Shown: piece after piece, positions 19,241-25,189 of the stretch
How the letters are laid out: each line of letters starts with the position of its first letter
Position numbering within the stretch: position 1 is the first letter of the stretch
IMG/VR virus record: IMGVR_UViG_3300032303_002449
Span: 1 to 25,189 of that record
Source: a virus
Lineage: Duplodnaviria; Caudoviricetes
Reading direction: 5' to 3' (one strand)
DNA: 25,189 nucleotides
Translations under genes and position numbers: made by a program
The notes under the pieces: generated by a model
What the model saw: only the letters and a program-made list of their open reading frames with translations
Told to the model about the DNA's origin: nothing
Databases searched by the model: none

Positions 19241-20123
19241 GATAGTTACAGCCATATATAATAATTTGTATGGTTCTGGATATGGAGGAAGACTTAATAG
19301 GAATGAGCATTATATATTTTCGATGCATTCATTAATGAAAATGAATAATGCCCATTTTATTTTATACACATCCCCAGAAGAATATAATGATCTAAAAGAA
19401 GAATTTAAAGAGTATCCTGATTTAGAAATTATATCTCATTCTCTTACTGATTCACCCTTTCAACCTTTAATTCAAAAATATAAAAACTACGAAGAATCCA
19501 AAGCATCAGATAGATGTGTTGAAATACAATATTTAAAATTCCATTGGTTATATCAACAATCTAAAGATTGTGATTATGTTTATTGGTTTGATGCTGGATT
19601 ATCTCATGTAGCTCTAATACCAGATAAATGGTTAGAATGTAGAGGTGAAAGATGGTTATTACCAGACTACTACTATTCAGATATTTTTACTAATTCTTTT
19701 ATAAATAACTTAGCTAATATATCAGATGATAAAATATTTTTAGTTATTAAGGATAATCTAACAAATGCTTGGTCTCAAGAACCTCTTCAAATGTTTAATG
19801 AACAGTATGATTATAAGTGGCACGTTATAGGAGGCTTTTTTGGTGGTAAATCATCACTAATTGAAAATTTTTATAACATGTGTTATGATTACTCAATTAG
19901 AACAGCAGATAATTGTGGAGAAATGTGGTATGAAGAAAATATATTAACTATTCTGTATTATAACCATAAAGATTTATTTACTACTAAATGGTTTGATATA
20001 TGGACTCACGAAAATAATACTAAATCTGAACACATTGGTGGAAGAGACGTTGATGAATATTTGACTACTAATAAATCTTTTTATAAATTACTAGAAGAAA
20101 TATATTATAATGATACCATATGA
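19230..20123 (+). CDS. HtrL/YibB(WlaTC)-like putative glycosyltransferase
   Basis: IKIVTAIY, KFHWL, YVYWFDAGL, VIGGFFGG and YEENIL..L motifs; paralogous to the N-domain of the 20753 protein. Confidence 0.7.
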   Translation: MKIKIVTAIYNNLYGSGYGGRLNRNEHYIFSMHSLMKMNNAHFILYTSPEEYNDLKEEFKEYPDLEIISHSLTDSPFQPLIQKYKNYEESKASDRCVEIQYLKFHWLYQQSKDCDYVYWFDAGLSHVALIPDKWLECRGERWLLPDYYYSDIFTNSFINNLANISDDKIFLVIKDNLTNAWSQEPLQMFNEQYDYKWHVIGGFFGGKSSLIENFYNMCYDYSIRTADNCGEMWYEENILTILYYNHKDLFTTKWFDIWTHENNTKSEHIGGRDVDEYLTTNKSFYKLLEEIYYNDTI

Positions 20124-20748
20124 AAAAAAGATTACAAAATACAGTAATCTAGCAGAAAATGACAGTCTATCAATATACGATAATGAGTGGGCTGCTCAAC
20201 AAAACCATAATGCTTTTGAAGCATTTTATTATTTTTTAGATGAAATTAAACCTAAACGTATTCTAGAAATAGGTACTGCTTTAGGTGGATTTACTTCTTT
20301 TTTAAACTATGCTTGCAAAAAGTTAGAAATTGATTGTAAAATATTATCTTATGACACTTGTGACAGAGGAGAATCTTATAATGTTATGAGACAACAAGGT
20401 ATTGATGTTAGGGTTGAAGATATATTTTTAAACAATTATAGTGAAGTTAAAGAAGAAATACAAAACTTTATTGGTAATGAAGGAACAACCTTAGTACTTT
20501 GTGATGGTGGAGATAAAATTAAAGAATTTAACCTACTATCTGGGTTTGTAAAATCTGGAGATTATATCATGGCTCATGACTATGCTGAAAACCACCAGGT
20601 ATTTGAAGAAAAAATAAATTTAAATATTTGGAATTGGCATGAAATTTCGGATGCTGATATTGAAGAAGCATGTATAAAAAATAATCTTGTTACATTTCAT
20701 AAAAACATGTTTGATAAAGTAGTTTGGGTATGTAAGAAAAAAAACTAA
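20110..20748 (+). CDS. Class I SAM-dependent methyltransferase (CmcI/Methyltransf_24-like)
   Basis: KPKRILEIGTALGG, ILSYD, LVLCDGG and GDYIMAHDY motifs. Confidence 0.82.
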   Translation: MIPYEKKITKYSNLAENDSLSIYDNEWAAQQNHNAFEAFYYFLDEIKPKRILEIGTALGGFTSFLNYACKKLEIDCKILSYDTCDRGESYNVMRQQGIDVRVEDIFLNNYSEVKEEIQNFIGNEGTTLVLCDGGDKIKEFNLLSGFVKSGDYIMAHDYAENHQVFEEKINLNIWNWHEISDADIEEACIKNNLVTFHKNMFDKVVWVCKKKN

Positions 20749-20752
20749 AATT

Positions 20753-22426
20753 ATGTCTGTTACAGTAGTTACGGGAATTTGGGATATTAAAAGGGATTCT
20801 TTATCTGAAGGATGGTCAAGATCATTTCAACATTATCTTAATAATTTAGAAAAGTTATTAAAGACCCCAACCAATTTTATAATCTTTATTGAAAGTCAAT
20901 ATGAAGATTGGGTATGGGAAAGACGAGATAAATCTAACACTGTTGTTCTAGTTAGAGAATTAGATTGGTTTAAATCAAATGAATTTATATTTAATAAAAT
21001 TCAAGAAATAAGAACTAAACCTGAATGGTATAATCAATCACCTTCATGGTTACCTGAAAGCACTCAAGCAAAACTTGAAATGTACAATCCAATTGTGATG
21101 TCTAAAATGTTTTTGCTTAATGATGCTGCTATTGTAGATCCTTTTAATTCAACACATTTAGTTTGGGTTGACGGTGCTTTAACAAATACTGTAAATGAAG
21201 GGTATTTTTGGAGTGATAAAGTTTTAGATAAATTAGACGAACATTTTAATAAATTTAGTTTTGTAGCTTTTCCATATGATGGTAAAGTTGAAATACATGG
21301 ATTTACTTATAGTTCTATGTGCCGTTATGCTGGTGATGAAGTGGATAAAGTTTGTAGAGGAGGGATATTCGGTGGACCAAAAGGAATTATTGGTAAAATA
21401 AATGAAATGTACTATTCAATTTTAGCAGATACTCTATCTGCTGGGTATATGGGTACTGAAGAATCATTATTTACCATTCTACTTTATAAACACCCAGAAC
21501 TTTTCCAATATTATGATATTGAAATGGATGGTTTGTTATTTAGATTTTTTGAAAATTTAAAAAATAACAATATACAAGCAAAAATACAATCTAATAAGAT
21601 TGAAATAAATCAACACAATATTAATAATGTTGCTTTATATGTTATAACATACAATTCACCAGATCAATTTGAAAAACTTTGTATATCTTTTAAAGAATAT
21701 GATAATAATTTTTTAACTAAACCTAAGAAATTTTTATTAAATAATTCATTAGATAGAGATACTGATATTGCCTATTCAATATTGTGTGATAAATATGGAT
21801 TTGAAGAAATTAAAAAAGACAATTTAGGTATTTGTGGTGGTAGACAGTTTATAGCAGAACATGCTAATAAAAATAATTTTGATTATCACTTCTTTTTTGA
21901 AGATGATATGTTCTTTTATTTAGGAAATGACGAATTTTGTAAAAATGGCTTTAGACGAAAAATTAAAGATTTTTATAATATTATGTTACAAATAACGTGG
22001 AATGAAAATTTTGATTTTTTAAAATGGAATTTTAGTGAATTCTATGGGGATAATACAAAACAATGGGCTTGGCATAATGTTCCCGCTAGCACCCGTGCTG
22101 AACTATTCCCTGAAAAGCCTATTAAAGATACATCAAACCAAGATGCATCACCTTTTACTAATTATAAGCATATAAAGTCTTATATGAATGTACCTTATGC
22201 TACTGGTGAGATTTATTACTGTAATTGGCCTCAAGTAGTATCTCGTGAGGGAAATAAAAAATTATTTATTAATACAACCTGGGCGTATCCTTATGAACAA
22301 ACATGGATGAGCTATATCTATCAAGAAACATTAAAAAGTAATATTTATCCGGGTATATTGTTGGCTACTCCAACAGAACACAATAGGTTTGAATTCTATA
22401 AGGCTGAAGAAAGACGTGAAAATTAA
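20753..22426 (+). CDS. Two-domain glycosyltransferase: HtrL/YibB-like N-domain fused to a GT-A (GT2-like) C-domain
   Basis: N-domain: VTVVTGIWDI, MSKMFLLNDA..DPFNSTHLVWVDG, GGIFGG, MGTEES. C-domain: YVITYNSP, NLGICGGRQ, HFFFEDD. Confidence 0.78.
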   Translation: MSVTVVTGIWDIKRDSLSEGWSRSFQHYLNNLEKLLKTPTNFIIFIESQYEDWVWERRDKSNTVVLVRELDWFKSNEFIFNKIQEIRTKPEWYNQSPSWLPESTQAKLEMYNPIVMSKMFLLNDAAIVDPFNSTHLVWVDGALTNTVNEGYFWSDKVLDKLDEHFNKFSFVAFPYDGKVEIHGFTYSSMCRYAGDEVDKVCRGGIFGGPKGIIGKINEMYYSILADTLSAGYMGTEESLFTILLYKHPELFQYYDIEMDGLLFRFFENLKNNNIQAKIQSNKIEINQHNINNVALYVITYNSPDQFEKLCISFKEYDNNFLTKPKKFLLNNSLDRDTDIAYSILCDKYGFEEIKKDNLGICGGRQFIAEHANKNNFDYHFFFEDDMFFYLGNDEFCKNGFRRKIKDFYNIMLQITWNENFDFLKWNFSEFYGDNTKQWAWHNVPASTRAELFPEKPIKDTSNQDASPFTNYKHIKSYMNVPYATGEIYYCNWPQVVSREGNKKLFINTTWAYPYEQTWMSYIYQETLKSNIYPGILLATPTEHNRFEFYKAEERREN

Positions 22427-22435
22427 ATATTTATA
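22427..22435 (+). promoter_or_regulatory. ATATTTATA motif, putative late promoter
   Basis: Exact motif immediately after the last GT stop codon, 15 nt upstream of TTG 22451. Confidence 0.65.
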
Positions 22436-22450
22436 TAAAAATATATACAA

Positions 22451-23212
22451 TTGGCAGATATTGATGCATATGTGAGAATGTTAACAGGAACGGGTCCGGG
22501 TCCTTATAATTTGTATTATCGTGATACAAATAATACTCTTATATTCCGCGAAGGTCCTTTAACCTTAAATGAATTATACTCAACTATATTCATTACAGTG
22601 CCCGAAACCACTAAAACTGTTACCCTTAGAAATATCAACCCAGCATGTAGTTCTTATCAAAAAGATATTGATATAGTTATTACCCCATCTCCATCAAATA
22701 CACCAACTCAAACACCAACAGTTACGCCATCGTCTACGTTTAATGCAACACCAACACCAACACAAACAGTCACACCTACAGGTACACCTGCAAGTACACC
22801 AGCATCAACACCTTCTTCTACACCAAATGTTACACCTACACAAACTATAACACCATCTACTCCATTAGTAGGTATTACTGTAACATTAACAATTGACTCT
22901 GGAAACTCTGGTGTTACTCAAATATATAGAGCCGATACGACTCAACTTCTTGGTACCTTATCTTCAACAGGTACATCTACAACTGTTTTCATACCTAGTG
23001 GAGTTCAATTCTTTGTTCAAACTATATTACAAAATAGACAGTTTGCTACAGATGTTGCCCAATTAAATTTATACGTTAATGGAACACCAGATGCCGCTAC
23101 TCCATATGTTGAAACACTTTTAAATACTCCTAAACGAACAGTTAATACAACAGCAACTAGTGGTAATACTTATTTAGTTAATACATTCTTAGGTAGTAGA
23201 AGACCTGTATAA
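22451..23212 (+). CDS. Putative virion decoration/fibre protein: two small beta domains joined by a Thr/Pro mucin-like linker
   Basis: TTG start after the late motif (alternative ATG at 22478); PT tract TPSPSNTPTQTPTVTP...TPASTPAS...TPSTP. Confidence 0.7.
   Translation: MADIDAYVRMLTGTGPGPYNLYYRDTNNTLIFREGPLTLNELYSTIFITVPETTKTVTLRNINPACSSYQKDIDIVITPSPSNTPTQTPTVTPSSTFNATPTPTQTVTPTGTPASTPASTPSSTPNVTPTQTITPSTPLVGITVTLTIDSGNSGVTQIYRADTTQLLGTLSSTGTSTTVFIPSGVQFFVQTILQNRQFATDVAQLNLYVNGTPDAATPYVETLLNTPKRTVNTTATSGNTYLVNTFLGSRRPV
22682..22864 (+). repeat. Low-complexity Thr/Pro/Ser-coding tract (~61 aa)
   Basis: Repeated ACACC(A/T) codon pairs; shares TPAS, TPTQT and TPSNT/TPSST-like units with the 15309-16013 tract. 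Confidence 0.85.
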
Positions 23213-23225
23213 TAATTTTTAAACC

Positions 23226-23549
23226 ATGCCAGTAACACATACAGGACTCTTTCGATTATCATTTAAAAATGAACATTTCGTTTATGAAAACGAAGTAAGA
23301 TGTGTTATTCAAAATACAGAATTTAATTTATCTTATAATCCTACTTTAGTAAATAATTATCAAAGTGGATCATTAAAGAATTTTGCTACTGGTTCAGCTT
23401 TACCATCAGGATCGTTTTTTACACCTTATGCTACAACAATAGGATTATACAACAATAATAATGAATTATTAGCTGTAGCTAAATTTGGTAAACCAATATT
23501 AATGTCACCTTATACTGATATGACATTTGTAATTAAGTATGATACATAG
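23226..23549 (+). CDS. Stand-alone DUF3751-like baseplate C-terminal domain (107 aa)
   Basis: EFNLSYNPT...PYATTIGLYNNNNELLAVAKFGKP..MTFVIKYD aligns by eye with the C-terminus of 13335-14315 (EYNYTTNPS...TYITTVGMYNDNSELLAVAKLSKP..LIRVKLDY). Confidence 0.75.
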   Translation: MPVTHTGLFRLSFKNEHFVYENEVRCVIQNTEFNLSYNPTLVNNYQSGSLKNFATGSALPSGSFFTPYATTIGLYNNNNELLAVAKFGKPILMSPYTDMTFVIKYDT

Positions 23550-24058
23550 TGATTAAATTAGTTGATATATTAAAAGAAGTAATTGAGGATTTAGAAATTC
23601 CTCAAGAAGCATATACAGGTAGAGTATATAGTAACAGTTCTAATATTTGGACTCACGTTAGTAGGCATGATGGAATTATTGAAGATATTAAAAAAAAACG
23701 TAAGTGGATTGGTAAATATGAAGATTTATCTTCCTTTGTATATGGTACTGAACATACTAAAGGTAAAAAATTTTATTTAAGTAAAGATAATAAAACTAGT
23801 GCTTATATGCAAAAAGGCGAGTTATATATTTCTGAACCTACTGAAAGATATCCTATTAAATGGTTAGTAACTACAGACCTACCAGACGATGCTTTTCAAC
23901 CTAACATTAATGGTGGTAATACAGATACACTTAAACAATCTCATAATATTGGAGTACTAAAACCAGAATATAGAGATATAAAGAATTTTGAATTTTATCG
24001 TTTTAATCCAACTGATAAAAAATGGTATGAGTTTGATATTGATAAAATAAAAGTTTAA
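23549..24058 (+). CDS. Hypothetical protein (169 aa) with MIKLxDILKE leader
   Basis: GTG start overlapping the TAG stop (TAGTG); no confident family. Confidence 0.6.
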   Translation: MIKLVDILKEVIEDLEIPQEAYTGRVYSNSSNIWTHVSRHDGIIEDIKKKRKWIGKYEDLSSFVYGTEHTKGKKFYLSKDNKTSAYMQKGELYISEPTERYPIKWLVTTDLPDDAFQPNINGGNTDTLKQSHNIGVLKPEYRDIKNFEFYRFNPTDKKWYEFDIDKIKV

Positions 24059-24073
24059 AATAAAATAATAGTT

Positions 24074-24529
24074 ATGTTTCAAGTTTTAGGTCCTGCTACT
24101 GAGGTGGAGGATATGATTAACAATTCTACGTTTGATATTAATGAATATTATGGTTATGTCTATATGACAGTTCATAGTAAAACAGGACGTACATACATTG
24201 GTAAAAAAGCATTTCAACACACTACTAATAAAAAATTAGGTAAGAAAGAATTAGCTGAAATTCCTATTACTAGAGGTAAAAGACCATCTAAAAAAACAGT
24301 GGTTAAAGAAAGCGATTGGAAAACTTACTATGGTTCTAATACTGAGGTAAAATCATTACCAAAGGGCGAATTGAAACGTTACGTATTAATGTTATGTAGA
24401 AATAAAAAAGAATTAACATATTGGGAAACCAAATATCTATTTCAGTACAACGTTCTAGAAAATGACAAATACATGAACGATAATATACTAGGTAAATTTT
24501 ATAGGAAAGATTTGATTTCGGCAGAGTAA
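24074..24529 (+). CDS. GIY-YIG endonuclease (Seg-like, free-standing)
   Basis: GYVY(x9)TYIGKK, DWKTYYGSN, LTYWE and YMNDNI motifs. Confidence 0.85.
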   Translation: MFQVLGPATEVEDMINNSTFDINEYYGYVYMTVHSKTGRTYIGKKAFQHTTNKKLGKKELAEIPITRGKRPSKKTVVKESDWKTYYGSNTEVKSLPKGELKRYVLMLCRNKKELTYWETKYLFQYNVLENDKYMNDNILGKFYRKDLISAE

Positions 24530-24542
24530 AATCTTATATTTG
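24511..24542 (+). promoter_or_regulatory. Bacteroidota sigma-A type promoter (TTTG-N20-TATATTTG)
   Basis: TTTG at 24511-24514, 20-nt spacer, TATATTTG at 24535-24542. Matches the -33 TTTG / -7 TAnnTTTG consensus, 5 nt before ATG 24548. Confidence 0.7.
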
Positions 24543-24547
24543 AGGTT

Positions 24548-25189
24548 ATGGAAAATGCTGCTCTACTAGTATTAGTAGAATCTGTTTTAGGTAAAGGTGC
24601 ACCGACGAGTAAAGGTAACTATGCTTTTAAGTGTCCATTTTGTGCTCATCACAAAAATAAACTAGAAGTATCGTTACGCACTACAGCTAAAAAGGAAAAC
24701 TTTTGGCATTGTTGGGTGTGTGATACTAAAGGTAAAACCATACGTACCCTATTTAAGCAAGCAAAAGCAACACCAGACAAGTTTAATGACCTAAATCTAC
24801 TCATTCAGCCTACTAATATAGAAGATATTGTATCTACTGAGGCACTCGCTTTACCCGCCGAGTATATCGCATTAAACGGTATTTACTCGGATAAAGTCAC
24901 TCAAATAGAGGCTAAACACGCATTACGATTCTTAACAAAACGTAACGTAACTAAAGATGATATTTTAAAATACAATATTGGTTTCTGCAAAGAAGGGTCG
25001 TATGGTGGACGAATAATAATACCCTCATATGATGCAAATGGTATTTTAAATTATTTTGTTGCTCGCGCTTATAAAGAATCAGATCGCAAATATAAAAATC
25101 CACCTGTAGCATCTAAGGAAGTTATAGGTTTAGAATTATACATAAATTGGGATGCACCAATCATACTTTGTGAAGGTATGTTTGATGCA
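24548..25189 (+). CDS. Phage DNA primase (DnaG/T4 gp61-like), 3'-truncated by the window edge; absent from the ORF track
   Basis: Hand translation: MENAALLVLVESVLGKG...FKCPFCAHHKNKLEV...WHCWVCDTKG (Zn finger), YNIGFC, RIIIPSYD..G.LNYFVAR, KYKNP, IILCEGMFDA (start of TOPRIM). Confidence 0.93.
   Translation, partial: MENAALLVLVESVLGKGAPTSKGNYAFKCPFCAHHKNKLEVSLRTTAKKENFWHCWVCDTKGKTIRTLFKQAKATPDKFNDLNLLIQPTNIEDIVSTEALALPAEYIALNGIYSDKVTQIEAKHALRFLTKRNVTKDDILKYNIGFCKEGSYGGRIIIPSYDANGILNYFVARAYKESDRKYKNPPVASKEVIGLELYINWDAPIILCEGMFDA

Noticed and set aside
16624-22426. Bacterial LPS/capsule locus or DNA hypermodification cluster
   Set aside because: There are no flippase, polymerase, membrane or NDP-sugar genes, and no base hydroxymethylase, kinase or GT-B DNA glucosyltransferase. 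The cassette is embedded among virion genes. These alternatives are disfavoured, not experimentally excluded.
14890-23226. Intron or splicing that rejoins the split baseplate gene (14322 and 23226 share a frame)
   Set aside because: The frame match has a 1-in-3 chance. The intervening DNA is fully protein-coding with no visible group I/II intron structure, and 23226 has its own ATG.
1-25189. Stop-codon reassignment (TAG or TGA recoding, as in some Bacteroidota phages)
   Set aside because: Long ORFs tile the window under the standard code. The single TAG stop (23547-23549) is followed in frame by TGA, and TGA ends the 19230 gene plausibly.
1-25189. tRNA, rRNA or intrinsic terminators
   Set aside because: Intergenic gaps are all under about 50 nt and AT-rich; I saw no cloverleaf or GC-rich hairpin followed by a U-tract.

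Overview
AT-rich, gene-dense segment of a large contractile-tailed (T4-like/jumbo myovirus-type) bacteriophage genome. All credible genes are on the + strand, use the standard code and nearly all end in TAA. The host is probably Bacteroidota: there is a TTTG-N20-TAnnTTTG promoter before the primase and no obvious Shine-Dalgarno sites. Positions 1-16.6 kb and 22.4-23.5 kb are a baseplate/tail module: gp5-like hub/spike, gp25 and gp6 wedge proteins, GH19 lysin, gp7-like 1573-aa wedge protein and DUF3751-like collar proteins. A GIY-YIG nuclease and a 3'-truncated DNA primase close the window. The main finding is a six-gene glycan cassette (16624-22426) inside the baseplate operon. It encodes a GT60-type polypeptide O-GlcNAc transferase, GT25, two HtrL/YibB-like GTs (one fused to a second GT-A domain) and two SAM methyltransferases. 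It sits between two genes encoding Thr/Pro mucin-like tracts, and inside what appears to be a split baseplate gene. The inference is a phage-encoded mucin-type O-glycosylation and O-methylation system for the virion. All family calls come from motif recognition by eye; no database search was run.
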